Source of the DNA: an uncultured Clostridia bacterium
GTDB lineage: Bacteria > Bacillota > Clostridia > TANB77 > CAG-508
Reading direction: 5' to 3'
DNA: 57,211 nt
Assembly (NCBI GenBank): GCA_944393325.1
Contig: CALXZU010000005.1
Coordinates: 1 to 57,211 of the forward strand
The position numbers and the translations under genes are program-made. Shown here in pieces: positions 1-10,654 of this stretch (position 1 is the first letter of the stretch; each line of letters begins with the position of its first letter). The notes under the pieces are model-generated. The model was given only the letters and a program-made list of their open reading frames with translations. It made no database searches and had not been told where the DNA came from.

Positions 1-28
1 CATTAGTATTACAAACCTTGTAATATTC

Positions 29-37
29 TGTGGATAA
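29..37 (-). promoter_or_regulatory. DnaA box (oriC-associated, upstream of rpmH)
   Basis: TGTGGATAA is the reverse complement of consensus TTATCCACA. It lies in the rpmH upstream region, which abuts dnaA/oriC in Firmicutes. Confidence 0.8.
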
Positions 38-100
38 CTATTTTTATTTTTCAGCTAGTCTGAACAGTAACAAAAATCAATATAAATTTCTAAAAAGTTC

Positions 101-139
101 TTGACAGATATTGCAAAATTAATGTATAATCGATATACT
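101..139 (+). promoter_or_regulatory. sigmaA-type promoter(s) of the rpmH operon
   Basis: TTGACA(101)-18nt-TATAAT(125), with overlapping TTGCAA(111)-17nt-TATACT(134). Confidence 0.65.
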
Positions 140-211
140 TGTTATTTTGTAAATTTTTGAAATCCGTAAAGTAAAGGATTAATATAAAAAATTCAGTAGG
201 AGGTGCTAAAA

Positions 212-346
212 GTGAAAAGAACATATCAACCAAAAAATAGACAAGAAAAAAAAGAGCATGGATTTATGAAAAGAATGAAAACAAGATCTGGAAGAAATGT
301 ACTTAAAGCAAGAAGACAAAAAGGTAGAAAAAAATTAAGTGCTTAA
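212..346 (+). CDS. rpmH: 50S ribosomal protein L34
   Basis: Not in the ORF track. GTG start after AGGAGG; translates [44 protein letters not shown]. Confidence 0.97.
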   Translation: MKRTYQPKNRQEKKEHGFMKRMKTRSGRNVLKARRQKGRKKLSA

Positions 347-414
347 GAATTAGCTATTAGAAAAAATAGTTAATAAAAAATGTTCTTCTACCTGATATAG
401 GGAGGAGAAGCAGA

Positions 415-765
415 ATGAAAAAAACAGAAATGTTAAAAAAAAATTATGAGTTTAGAGCTGTTCTATCAAATGGAAAATTCTATTCTGGAAAATGTATTAT
501 AGCTTTTATAAAGAAAAATGATTATAAAAATAAAAATTTTTTAGGAATAGCGATAGGAACTAAAATAGGAAAAGCAACCAAAAGAAATTATATAAAAAGA
601 TTAATAAGAGAAAGTTATAAAAATATTGAGAAACAGATAGAAACCGGATATACGATTGTTTTTTTATGGAAAAAGAAAATAGACATAAAAAATGCAAAAT
701 ATACCAATATTCAAAATGATATAAAAAAAATATTTGATAGAGCAGGTATCTTAAGCGAGGATTAA
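415..765 (+). CDS. rnpA: Ribonuclease P protein component
   Basis: [20 protein letters not shown]-like motif; follows rpmH. Confidence 0.95.
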   Translation: MKKTEMLKKNYEFRAVLSNGKFYSGKCIIAFIKKNDYKNKNFLGIAIGTKIGKATKRNYIKRLIRESYKNIEKQIETGYTIVFLWKKKIDIKNAKYTNIQNDIKKIFDRAGILSED

Positions 766-767
766 TA

Positions 768-986
768 ATGAAAAAATTAATGATATGGCTTATCGAGCAA
801 TATCAAAAATATATTTCAAAATGGTTAAAAGCAAGAAATATAAATTGTAAATTTTATCCAACTTGCTCAGAATATACAAAACAAGCAATAGAAAAGTATG
901 GAGCAATAAAGGGAATATGTCTTGGAATTTGTAGAATTTTAAGGTGTAATCCTTTTTCAAAAGGTGGATATGACCCATTAAAATAA
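768..986 (+). CDS. yidD: Membrane protein insertion efficiency factor
   Basis: [10 protein letters not shown] and [15 protein letters not shown] motifs; synteny. Confidence 0.95.
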   Translation: MKKLMIWLIEQYQKYISKWLKARNINCKFYPTCSEYTKQAIEKYGAIKGICLGICRILRCNPFSKGGYDPLK

Positions 987-1007
987 AAAATAGGGGGAAA
1001 AGAATAG

Positions 1008-1898
1008 ATGTTTGAATTCTTTGCTAATATTTTTGGGTATTTATTACAGTTTTTATATCAACTGATAAATAACTATGGTATAGCAATAATTTTATTTACT
1101 GTAATAATAAAATTATTATTACTACCACTTTCAATAAAACAACAAAGAACATTGAAGAAAAGTACTGAATTACAAGAAAAAATGAAAGTAATTCAGTTTA
1201 AATATAAAACTGACCCAGAAAAAATGAATCAAGAAATGATGAATTTATACAAATCAGAAAATATGAGTCCTTTTAGTGGTTGTCTAACAGCTATAGTTCA
1301 ATTACTTTTGTTATTATCAGTATTTTACTTGGTAAGAAGTCCATTAACATTTATGCAAAAAGTACCACAAGAAAGTATTAATCATTATGTACAACAATTA
1401 CAAGAAAATGGTAAGGCTGTAAGTCAAGTTTATCCGGAAATTGATGTAATAAGAGAAGCAAACTGGTTAAAAGAAAATAATCCAGAGGACGAAAACATCG
1501 AAAAATTAGATATAGAAATGAATTTTCTAGGATTAGACTTAAGTAAAATACCACAACAAAATATGACTGATTATACAGTATATATAATTCCAATATTATA
1601 CATTTTATCTTCTTTTATCTCTATAAGAATGACAACAACAATGCAATCTAAAAATATGAAAAAAGAAGAAAAAGAAGTAAAAATAGATGGAACAACAGGA
1701 AAAGAATTAGTACCAACAGAAAATGAAAACAATGAAATGGATGCTGTTATGCAGACAAATAAGATGATGTCTTGGATGATGCCTATAATGTCTATTTCAA
1801 TTGCATTTATCGCACCTTTGGGACTTGCTTTATATTGGTTAATAAGTAATATACTTATGATTTTGGAAAGACTAATTTTGAATAAAGTGATAAAATAA
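1008..1898 (+). CDS. yidC: YidC/Oxa1/SpoIIIJ membrane protein insertase
   Basis: YGIAIILFTVIIKLLLLPL, PFSGCL and GLALYWLISN motifs. Confidence 0.95.
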   Translation: MFEFFANIFGYLLQFLYQLINNYGIAIILFTVIIKLLLLPLSIKQQRTLKKSTELQEKMKVIQFKYKTDPEKMNQEMMNLYKSENMSPFSGCLTAIVQLLLLLSVFYLVRSPLTFMQKVPQESINHYVQQLQENGKAVSQVYPEIDVIREANWLKENNPEDENIEKLDIEMNFLGLDLSKIPQQNMTDYTVYIIPILYILSSFISIRMTTTMQSKNMKKEEKEVKIDGTTGKELVPTENENNEMDAVMQTNKMMSWMMPIMSISIAFIAPLGLALYWLISNILMILERLILNKVIK

Positions 1899-1915
1899 AG
1901 GGAGGAACGGAGAAA

Positions 1916-2611
1916 ATGGGCAAAACAATCATTTCTGAAGGAAAAACAACAAATGAAGCTATAGAAAAAGGGTTAAAAGAATTAAATGTAAGCAGAAAAA
2001 TGGTAGATATAAAAGTTTTAGAAAGTGAAGATAAAAGAAGCTTTTTCAGCATTTTAGCACCAAGAGTAGTAAAAATAGAAATGACATTAAAAGATGAAAT
2101 AGAAGAAAAGAAAGCTGAAATAAAACCTAAAAAAGAAATTATTTTATCAGAAGAAGAGCAAGAGAAAGCAGAAGAAAATGTAAAAATATTTTTAGAAGAA
2201 TTAAAAGTAAATTTACCTGAAAATACAACATATAATATAAAAAAAGATAAAAGCGCAATATTTGTAGAGATAAACAGTGAAAAATTAGGATTTCTTATAG
2301 GGTATAGAGGAGAGACATTATATGCAATGCAAAACATTTTATCATCAATTGCAGGTAAAGGAATAGAAAATAGAGTAAGAGTTATTCTTGACATAGAAGG
2401 ATATAAAGCTAAAAGAGAAAAAACATTAGAAGATTTAGCAGAAAAAGTTGCAAGAACGGTTATGAAAACAAGAAAACCAGTTAAATTAGAACCAATGCAA
2501 GCATATGAAAGAAAAATAATACATAGCAAATTACAAAGCAATTCTAAAATAGACACAACTAGTATTGGGGAAGAGCCATATAGAAGGATAGTAATATCAC
2601 TAAAAAAATAA
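1916..2611 (+). CDS. jag: Jag/EloR/KhpB RNA-binding protein
   Basis: Jag_N, KH (LIGYRGETL) and R3H (ERKIIH) domains; synteny. Confidence 0.93.
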   Translation: MGKTIISEGKTTNEAIEKGLKELNVSRKMVDIKVLESEDKRSFFSILAPRVVKIEMTLKDEIEEKKAEIKPKKEIILSEEEQEKAEENVKIFLEELKVNLPENTTYNIKKDKSAIFVEINSEKLGFLIGYRGETLYAMQNILSSIAGKGIENRVRVILDIEGYKAKREKTLEDLAEKVARTVMKTRKPVKLEPMQAYERKIIHSKLQSNSKIDTTSIGEEPYRRIVISLKK

Positions 2612-2817
2612 AATAAAAAAATAAAATCAGAGGTCAAAGGTCAGATTTTACAAAGGATACGTAAATTCTATCTTTGACTTTTTTTGTAAAATATAATTTT
2701 TTTGCTTGCAATTTTTAAAAATACATGTTATATATAAAAATATTAGCAATGAGTAAATATTTAAACAAATATTTACATATATATAAAAATATTAAAGAAA
2801 AAATGGAGGAAAAAAAC

Positions 2818-4189
2818 ATGAGTACAATAGCTTCAATCTCTACGGCTCCTCGGAATTGGAGGAATTGGTATAATAAGAATGAGCGGAGAAAATTGCTTTA
2901 ATGTTTTAGATAAAATATTTATACCAAAGAACAAACAAGATATAGAAAATATAAAAGGATATACAATAAAATATGGAAATATTGTAGAAAATGGAGAAAT
3001 TATAGATGAAGTATTAGTATCTTATTTTAAATCACCGAAAAGTTATACAACCGAAAATATGTGTGAAATAAATTCACATGGAGGAAATGTAATAGTAAAA
3101 AAGATATTAGAAATGTGTTTAAAAAATGGAGCGGAACTTGCGGAACCGGGCGAATTCACCAAAAGAGCTTTTATAAATGGAAGAATAGATTTATTACAAG
3201 CAGAATCTGTAATTGATATTATTAATGCTAAATCAGAACGTGAAGCAAAAACAGGAATAAAGCAATTAGAAGGTTTTTTATCAGAGAAAATAGCAGAAAT
3301 CAAAAAAGAAATTATGGATGTAATGGTAAATATTGAAGTTGTTATAGATTATCCAGAATATGATGTGGAAGATGTGACAAATAAGCAAGTAGAGGATATG
3401 CTAATTAGTGTACAAGATAAATTAGAAAAATTAGAAAAAAGTTTTGATAATGGGAAAATAATAAAAGAAGGAATAAAAACTGTAATAGTAGGAAGGCCAA
3501 ATGCAGGAAAATCATCACTTTTAAATGCAATTTTAAAAGAAGATAGGGCAATTGTAACAGAATTTGAAGGAACAACAAGAGACACTATTGAAGAATTTGT
3601 TACTATAAACGGAATACCTTTAAAATTAGTTGACACAGCAGGAATTAGAAAGGCAAAAGACGAAGTTGAAAAAATAGGAATTGAAAAAACAAAAGAAATG
3701 ACAAAGGAGGCAGAACTAGTAATTGCCATATTTGACTCATCTGAAGAATTAACAAAAGAAGATATGGAAATATTAGATTTAATAAAAGATAAGAAAACAA
3801 TAATAGTTTTAAATAAAAGCGATTTACCATCTAAAACCAATGAGAATGACGTTAGATTAAAAAAAGCAAGTGAATCAATAATCAATATCTCTGCGTTAAA
3901 TAAAAAAGGAATAGAAGGGCTTTATGACGAAATTAGCAAATTATTTAATCTAAATGAAATAAATTTAGATCACGAAATAGTTATTACAAATTTGAGGCAT
4001 AAAAATTTAATAAATAAAGCGAATGAAAATGTAAAAAAAGCAAAAGAAGCGTTAAAACAGAAAATGCCATTAGACATTATTGCAATATTTATAAAAGACA
4101 TTTTAGAAGATTTAGGAACGATCACTGGTGAAATTGCAACAGATGATATAATAGATGAAATTTTTTCTAAATTCTGTTTAGGAAAATAG
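2818..4189 (+). CDS. mnmE: tRNA U34 modification GTPase MnmE; needs +1 shift at CGG 2851
   Basis: GGAGG + ATG 2818 gives MSTIASISTAP. Skipping C2851 continues GIGGIGIIRMSG (conserved N-terminus) into ORF 2879..4189, which has GRPNAGKSS, GTTRD, DTAG, NKSD and C-terminal FCLGK. Confidence 0.95.
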
Positions 4190-4412
4190 AAGGATTAAAA
4201 TAAAAAATAAAGGATTTTTAAACAGCAGAAATGAAATTATATTAAAAAAGCAAAAAAAGACGTTAGAATTTATTTTGAGGCCAAATAAAGCACAAGGTTT
4301 TACTACTTTAATGGAAAAATACATTAAATAAGTTAAGATAATAATGAGCAAATGTCCAACAATCACTTAATCTACATAAAACATCTATCAAGTGTAAAAC
4401 TTTACAAAAACG

Positions 4413-4429
4413 TTCGACAAAATTCGACA
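4413..4429 (-). promoter_or_regulatory. Tandem putative Spo0A boxes
   Basis: TTCGACA (reverse complement of TGTCGAA) at 4413 and 4423, one helical turn apart, in the mnmE-mnmG spacer. Confidence 0.5.
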
Positions 4430-4572
4430 AAGTAGATAAAACATTGAAAAATGAGTACGTTAAACAAACAAAAAATAAAAAAGTATAACTAAAACAGCAA
4501 GTTTTATGGAGAAAATAAAAAATGCAATATTTTGGTTTCATGCGGAATTAAAAAATGGAAAGGAAGTAAGAA

Positions 4573-6462
4573 ATGCAAATAGAAAAAGGAGAATATTTAG
4601 CAGGAGAATATGATGTTGCAGTAATAGGTGCTGGTCATGCAGGATGTGAAGCTGGACTAGCTGCTGCAAGACTTGGAAAGAAAACATTAATATTTTCAAT
4701 TAGCTTAGAAGCAATAGCAAATATGCCATGTAATCCACATATTGGAGGTAGCTCTAAAGGACATCTGGTAAGGGAAATTGATGCTCTTGGTGGAGAGATG
4801 GGGAAAAATATAGATAAAACAATGATTCAAATAAAAATGTTAAATACTTCAAAAGGACCAGCAGTACATTCTTTAAGAGCTCAAGCTGATAGAAAAAAAT
4901 ATCAAGCAGAAATGAAGCATACATTGGAGAAACAAGTAAACTTAGAAGTAAAACAAGCGGAAATTGTTCATATATTTGTCGAGGATGGAAAAGTAAAAGG
5001 ATTAAAAACAGATTTGGGAGCAATTTATTTAGTAAAAACAATAATAGTGGCAACAGGAACATATTTAAAAGGGAAAATATTTATAGGAGAATATTCAAAA
5101 GAAAGTGGACCAGACGGAGTAGCAGCAGCTAATAAACTATCTGAATCATTAAAAAAATTAGGAATAGATTTGATTAGATTTAAAACAGGAACACCTGCAA
5201 GGATAAATAGAAGAAGTATTGATTTTAGCAAAATGGAAGTTCAGAAAGGAGACCAAGGAATAGAAGCATTTTCATTTGAAAATGAACCGAAAGAATTTGA
5301 ACAAGTAGATTGCTATTTGACATATACAAATGAAAAAACACATGAAATAATTAGAAAGAATTTAGATAGATCACCATTATTTGCAGGAGTAATAGAAGGA
5401 ACTGGTCCAAGATATTGTCCATCAATTGAAGATAAAGTTGTAAGGTTTAGCGATAAACCAAGGCATCAAGCGTTTGTAGAACCAGTAGGATTAGATACTG
5501 AAGAAATGTATATTCAAGGAATGAGTTCATCATTGCCGGAAGATGTACAAATTGCCTTATATCATACAATTCCAGGCTTAGAGCATGCAGAGTTCACAAG
5601 ACCTGCATATGCTATTGAATATGATTGTATAGATCCATCAAATTTAAAATTATCCTTAGAATATAAAGGAATAGATGGATTGTTTATGGCTGGTCAAATA
5701 AATGGAACATCGGGTTATGAAGAAGCAGCAGGGCAAGGTTTAATTGCAGGAATAAATGCATCAAGAAAAATAGATGGAAAAGATCCTATAATTTTAGATA
5801 GAAGTGAAGCATATATAGGAGTTTTAATAGATGATATTGTTACTAAAGGAACAAATGAACCATATCGAATGATGACATCAAGAGCTGAATATAGGTTACT
5901 TTTAAGGCAAGATAATGCAGACCTTAGATTAACACCTATTGGCCATGAAATAGGATTAATTTCAGATGAAAGATATCAAAAATTTTTGAACAAAAAACAA
6001 AATATAGAAAAAGAAATAGAAAGACTGAAAAAATTAGTAGTTAAACCAGAAAAAAAGGTAAATAATTTACTAGAAAGAGCAGGAACATCAATACTTACAA
6101 ATGGTACAAAGATGAGTGAACTATTGAAACGTACAGAATTAGACTATGAAATGTTAAAAGAAATAGATCCAGATAGACCAACTTTATCAAGACAAGAAAA
6201 AGAAGAAGTAGAAATACAAATAAAATATGAAGGATATATAAAATTACAAGAAGAACAAGTAGCTAAATTTAAAAAATTAGAGACAAAAATACTACCAGAA
6301 GACATAAATTATGAAGAATTAAAAGGAATTAGTTTGGAAGCAAGGCAAAAGTTAAATAAATTCAAACCACACTCTATTGGACAAGCATCAAGAATATCAG
6401 GAGTATCACCAGCAGATGTATCAGTGCTTTTAGTATATTTACAACAAAAAAACAATAAATAA
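4573..6462 (+). CDS. mnmG: tRNA uridine-5-carboxymethylaminomethyl(34) synthesis enzyme MnmG (GidA)
   Basis: [12 protein letters not shown] motif, [27 protein letters not shown]. Confidence 0.98.
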   Translation: MQIEKGEYLAGEYDVAVIGAGHAGCEAGLAAARLGKKTLIFSISLEAIANMPCNPHIGGSSKGHLVREIDALGGEMGKNIDKTMIQIKMLNTSKGPAVHSLRAQADRKKYQAEMKHTLEKQVNLEVKQAEIVHIFVEDGKVKGLKTDLGAIYLVKTIIVATGTYLKGKIFIGEYSKESGPDGVAAANKLSESLKKLGIDLIRFKTGTPARINRRSIDFSKMEVQKGDQGIEAFSFENEPKEFEQVDCYLTYTNEKTHEIIRKNLDRSPLFAGVIEGTGPRYCPSIEDKVVRFSDKPRHQAFVEPVGLDTEEMYIQGMSSSLPEDVQIALYHTIPGLEHAEFTRPAYAIEYDCIDPSNLKLSLEYKGIDGLFMAGQINGTSGYEEAAGQGLIAGINASRKIDGKDPIILDRSEAYIGVLIDDIVTKGTNEPYRMMTSRAEYRLLLRQDNADLRLTPIGHEIGLISDERYQKFLNKKQNIEKEIERLKKLVVKPEKKVNNLLERAGTSILTNGTKMSELLKRTELDYEMLKEIDPDRPTLSRQEKEEVEIQIKYEGYIKLQEEQVAKFKKLETKILPEDINYEELKGISLEARQKLNKFKPHSIGQASRISGVSPADVSVLLVYLQQKNNK

Positions 6463-6465
6463 AAA

Positions 6466-6495
6466 AGTCGTTTTTTACCCCGACCAAAAACGACT
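6466..6495. repeat. 30-bp palindromic element, copy 1
   Basis: AGTCGTTTTT-10nt-AAAAACGACT; a second copy lies at 47727..47756. Confidence 0.65.
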
Positions 6496-6508
6496 GAAAG
6501 GAAAAAAT

Positions 6509-7231
6509 ATGGAATTAGAAGAGTTTACTTTAGTATTTAATAATTATTTAAAAGATTTAGAGTTAGAGTTGAAACAAGAACAGATTAAAAAATTCTATAC
6601 ATATATGAATTTGTTAATTGAGTGGAATAAAAGAATAAACTTAACAGCAATAATTGAACCAAAAGAAATAATATTAAAACATTTTATAGACTCATTAACT
6701 ATATCTAAATATATAGAAGATGGAGCAAATGTAATTGATGTAGGAACTGGAGCTGGTTTTCCAGGTATACCCTTAAAGATTTGTAGAAATAATATTAAAG
6801 TTACATTATTGGATTCTTTAAATAAGAGAATAAATTTTTTAAATGAAGTAATTAATGAATTAAATTTGAAAGACATAGAAGCAATACATGGAAGAGCAGA
6901 AGAGTTAGGAAAGAATAAAGCGTATAGAGAAAAATTCTCTGTTTCTACGTCAAGAGCTGTTGCTAACTTGTCTACATTAGCAGAATATCTATTACCGTTT
7001 CTTAAAGTTAATGGTAAGTGCATTTGCATGAAAGGTGTTGAGATAGAAGAAGAATTGAATAGTGCAAAAAATGCTATTAAAATATTAGGAGGAGTTTTAG
7101 AAAATAAAGAGGTATTTAAGTTGCCAAAAAGTGATTTGGGAAGAAGTATTATTTTAATTAAAAAACTGAAAAATACTCCTAATAAATTTCCAAGAAAACC
7201 TGGAACACCAGCAAAAGAGCCTATTACATAA
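6509..7231 (+). CDS. rsmG: 16S rRNA m7G527 methyltransferase (GidB)
   Basis: WNKRINLTAI, DVGTGAGFPGIPL, SRAVA motifs. Confidence 0.97.
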   Translation: MELEEFTLVFNNYLKDLELELKQEQIKKFYTYMNLLIEWNKRINLTAIIEPKEIILKHFIDSLTISKYIEDGANVIDVGTGAGFPGIPLKICRNNIKVTLLDSLNKRINFLNEVINELNLKDIEAIHGRAEELGKNKAYREKFSVSTSRAVANLSTLAEYLLPFLKVNGKCICMKGVEIEEELNSAKNAIKILGGVLENKEVFKLPKSDLGRSIILIKKLKNTPNKFPRKPGTPAKEPIT

Positions 7232-7398
7232 TTATATATTTAAACTCTACAAAGAATGAAAAATGGATGCATTATAATAGAATATGAAAATTACTAAAAA
7301 AGTCAAAAAAATGTTAAATTTTTATTGACTTTTTTTTGACATTTATATACAATGGTAATGTATAAAAAATAAAACATATTTATAAATATTAACTAAAA

Positions 7399-8205
7399 AT
7401 GGAGGCATTAAAATTGGGAAAAATTATTTCAGTAGCAAATCAAAAAGGTGGAGTGGGAAAGACCACCACAACAGTAAATTTAGCAACTATATTAGCTAAA
7501 AGAGGGAAAAAAGTATTGTTAATCGATGCAGATCCTCAAGGTAATGCAACAAGTGGTTTAGGATTAGATAAAGATTTAGAACCATCTACTTATGATATTT
7601 TAGTGAATGATACTTCTTTAGAAGAAGCAATGCAAAAGACGATAATTAAAAACTTGAAAGTTTGTCCTGCTAATATGGATTTAGCAGGTGCAGAGGTAGA
7701 ACTTGTGTCTATGATGTCAAGAGAGCAAAGATTAAAAGAAAAAGTTGACATAATCAAAGATAAATTTGATTATATATTGATAGACTGTCCACCTTCTTTG
7801 GGGTTAGTTACATTAAATTCCTTTACTGCTTCAAATAGTGTTTTGATACCAGTACAATGTGAGTATTTTGCATTAGAGGGATTGGGACAACTACTTAATA
7901 CTATTAATTTAGTAAAAAAACATTTAAATAAAGAAATTACTATTGAAGGTGCATTACTTACAATGTATGATATTAGAACAAATCTTTCTAATCAAGTTGT
8001 TAAAGAAGTTAAGAAATATTTTGAAAATAAAGTGTATAAAACAGTTATACCAAGAAATGTAAGATTAAGTGAAGCTCCTAGTTATGGCATGCCTATTACA
8101 GAGTACGATCCACGTTCTAAAGGAGCGAAAAGTTATGTTAAGTTTGCTAAAGAGTTTTTGAAAAATAATGAAGAAGAAAAGAAAGCAAAACATATGCAAG
8201 AATAA
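7399..8205 (+). CDS. parA: Chromosome partitioning ATPase Soj/ParA
   Basis: NQKGGVGKTTT deviant Walker A, DADPQGNATSG, IPRNVRLSEAPS. The true start may be TTG 7414. Confidence 0.97.
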   Translation: MEALKLGKIISVANQKGGVGKTTTTVNLATILAKRGKKVLLIDADPQGNATSGLGLDKDLEPSTYDILVNDTSLEEAMQKTIIKNLKVCPANMDLAGAEVELVSMMSREQRLKEKVDIIKDKFDYILIDCPPSLGLVTLNSFTASNSVLIPVQCEYFALEGLGQLLNTINLVKKHLNKEITIEGALLTMYDIRTNLSNQVVKEVKKYFENKVYKTVIPRNVRLSEAPSYGMPITEYDPRSKGAKSYVKFAKEFLKNNEEEKKAKHMQE

Positions 8206-8232
8206 AATTTAAAGATAGGGGGAATAAATAAA

Positions 8233-9078
8233 ATGGCAAAGATGACAGGTTTAGGAAAAGGATTGGATGCTCTATTTGGACCTGTACCAGAAGAAGAGCA
8301 AATGAGAGAAAATGATACTTTAAGAAATTTAAAGATAAATGAAGTTGAACCTAATAGAAATCAGGCAAGAAAAAATTTTGATCAAGAAGCATTGGAAGAA
8401 CTTGCAGGTTCTATTAAGGAATATGGATTAATTCAGCCAATTGTTGTTACCAAAAAAGATGACTATTATAGTATAGTAGCAGGTGAAAGAAGATGGAGGG
8501 CTTCTAAGATAGCAGGTTTAACAGAAATTCCTGCAATCATTAGAGATGATGATGAAAAAATAAATGCAGAAATTTCTTTAATAGAAAATATGCAAAGAGA
8601 GGATTTAAATCCTATTGAAAAGGCAAATGGTATTAAAACTTTAATGGATAATTATGGTATGTCTCAAGAAGAAGTTGCTAAAAAATTAGGAAAAGCAAGA
8701 AGCACAATTGCAAACTGGGCAAGAGTTTTAAATTTAGATCCAAGAGTATTAGAGATGGTAAGGGAAGGAAAGATAACAGAAGGACATTGTAAAGCTCTTC
8801 TTGCTATAACAGATCCAGATAAACAATATCAAGCAGCTATTCATATGCTTGAAAGAGGAACTACTGTACGACAAATGGAAAATAAGGCTAAAATAAATAT
8901 GAGTAAAGAAGAAGAAAATAGAAGACATGTTTTGTTTAAAAATATAGAAGAGACTTTCCAAGGATTTTTTGGTTCAAAAGTTAAATTAGATCCAGGAAAA
9001 AGGCGTGGAAAAATTATTATTGAATATACATCAAATGATGACTTGGAGAGAATTTTAGGTTTAATAAATCATTATTAA
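8233..9078 (+). CDS. parB: Chromosome partitioning protein Spo0J/ParB
   Basis: GLGKGLDAL N-terminus, IVAGERRWRA, ENMQREDLNPIE, HTH. Confidence 0.97.
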   Translation: MAKMTGLGKGLDALFGPVPEEEQMRENDTLRNLKINEVEPNRNQARKNFDQEALEELAGSIKEYGLIQPIVVTKKDDYYSIVAGERRWRASKIAGLTEIPAIIRDDDEKINAEISLIENMQREDLNPIEKANGIKTLMDNYGMSQEEVAKKLGKARSTIANWARVLNLDPRVLEMVREGKITEGHCKALLAITDPDKQYQAAIHMLERGTTVRQMENKAKINMSKEEENRRHVLFKNIEETFQGFFGSKVKLDPGKRRGKIIIEYTSNDDLERILGLINHY

Positions 9079-9095
9079 TTTGAAAAGGTGATAGG

Positions 9096-9606
9096 ATGGA
9101 AAATTTAATAGATAGTTTAGGAATTAATAATATTATACTTATATTAAGTTCTATTATAGTGATTTTATTTATATCTTTTATAATTTTAATTGGAAAAGTG
9201 ATAAGTTTAAATAAAAGATATAAGAAATTTATGTTAAAACTTCGGTGATGGAAAAGATTTACAAGAAGATTTAGAAAATTATATGTATAGAGTTGAAAGA
9301 GTTGAAAAGCAAAATGCTGAAATTTTAAATCAGATTAATTTATTAGATAAAGATTTAGAAAATTGTGTGCAAAAAGTTGGTATATATAGGTATAGTGCAT
9401 TTCAGGATACAGGAAGTGACTTAAGTTTTACTCTTGCTCTACTTGATGAACATGATAATGGTGTTATTTTTAATGGTATTTATTCAAGAGAGATGTCTAA
9501 TATCTATGCTAAGCCTATAGAAGGTGGCAAATCTAAATATACTTTATCTGAAGAGGAAAAAATTGCAATAGATAGAGCTATTAAGAGTTATAAAAAAGAG
9601 AGATAA
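9096..9606 (+). CDS. DUF4446-family membrane-anchored protein; needs +1 shift at CGG 9243
   Basis: ATG 9096 encodes an N-terminal TM helix up to ...FMLKL-CGG-TGA. Skipping C9243 gives GDGKDLQEDLENY, in frame with ORF 9283..9606 (QKVGIYRYSAF, SFTLALLD, YAKPI, LSEEE). The family is typically found after parB in Clostridia. Confidence 0.85.
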
Positions 9607-9812
9607 TAAAAAAGTAATAGGAGCTAAAATATGGTTAGATATTTTGGCTTTTATTATTATAGATTAAAATATTATTATAATTTAATATATTTTGGTTATA
9701 ATAGTAGAAATAGAAAAAAGACAAAAGTAAATATAAACCTAAAAATAAATTTCAAAAATGTCTTGACAAGAACTATTCAAATATGTTAATATATAAATTG
9801 TCCGCAAGACAT

Positions 9813-9904
<92 letters not shown>

Positions 9905-9911
9905 AAACAAT

Positions 9912-9953
9912 AAAACCTTGTAATATTGATATGTCATTACTTACAAGGGTTTT
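9912..9953. terminator. Inverted repeat directly after tRNA-Ser(UGA)
   Basis: AAAACCTTGTAA...TTACAAGGGTTTT followed by a T-rich tract. Confidence 0.5.
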
Positions 9954-9995
9954 ATTTTTAAAAGTAATGCAATAGAATAAAAATTAATTTTATAT

Positions 9996-10085
9996 GTAGG
10001 TGTACCCAAGTGGTGAAGGGGGCAGTTTGCTAAACTGCTAGGTCGAGCAATCGGCGCGGAGGTTCGAACCCTCTCACCTACGCCA
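9996..10085 (+). tRNA. tRNA-Ser(GCU)
   Basis: Acceptor GTAGGTG/CACCTAC-G-CCA, anticodon arm GCAGT-TTGCTAA-ACTGC, long variable arm. Confidence 0.94.
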
Positions 10086-10300
10086 TAAAATGATATAAAG
10101 TAAATTTTTATTTTATATCATTTTTTTGATTAAAATAAAAATTAAATATTTTTCATATATGAAAAGAGATAAAATCAATTAAGATGAAATATATATCGTG
10201 AAAATATCGTGATTTTAAAAATTACGATATTTTATAGTAAAATAATTTTTAATTTGTTATAATATTAATAATACAAAATAAAATGAGAAGGTGAAAAAAT

Positions 10301-10654
10301 ATGATTGAAAGAACAAGAAAAATATTAATGACTATTATAAAACATTGTAATAGTATAACAGAAACAAAAAAACATTTTGGAAATGATTATAAAAAATTTG
10401 AAAATAATATTATATATCAAAATGCAATTTTAACACCGGTAACTCAAATTGGAGAATTAGTAAAAAGATTACCAATAGAATTTAGAAATGAGCATGATGA
10501 AATACCATGGAGAAATATAGCGGGAATGAGAGATATAGTAGTACATAATTATGAGACAATAGATAAATTAATTTTGTGGAATGTAGCTGATAAAGAAACA
10601 GACAAAATAAAAGAATTCTGCAAAAAAATATTAGGAGATGAGAAATATGTCTGA
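10301..10654 (+). CDS. HepT-like (DUF86/HEPN) ribonuclease toxin
   Basis: QIGELVK, IPWRNIAGMRDIVVHNY (RX4HXY motif). Confidence 0.9.
   Translation: MIERTRKILMTIIKHCNSITETKKHFGNDYKKFENNIIYQNAILTPVTQIGELVKRLPIEFRNEHDEIPWRNIAGMRDIVVHNYETIDKLILWNVADKETDKIKEFCKKILGDEKYV

Noticed and set aside
13..27. 15-mer AAACCTTGTAATATT repeated at 9913..9927
   Set aside because: Short, AT-rich and flanking core genes; chance is a sufficient explanation.
7232..9095. parS sites near parAB
   Set aside because: I saw no convincing match to TGTTTCACGTGAAACA in the window.
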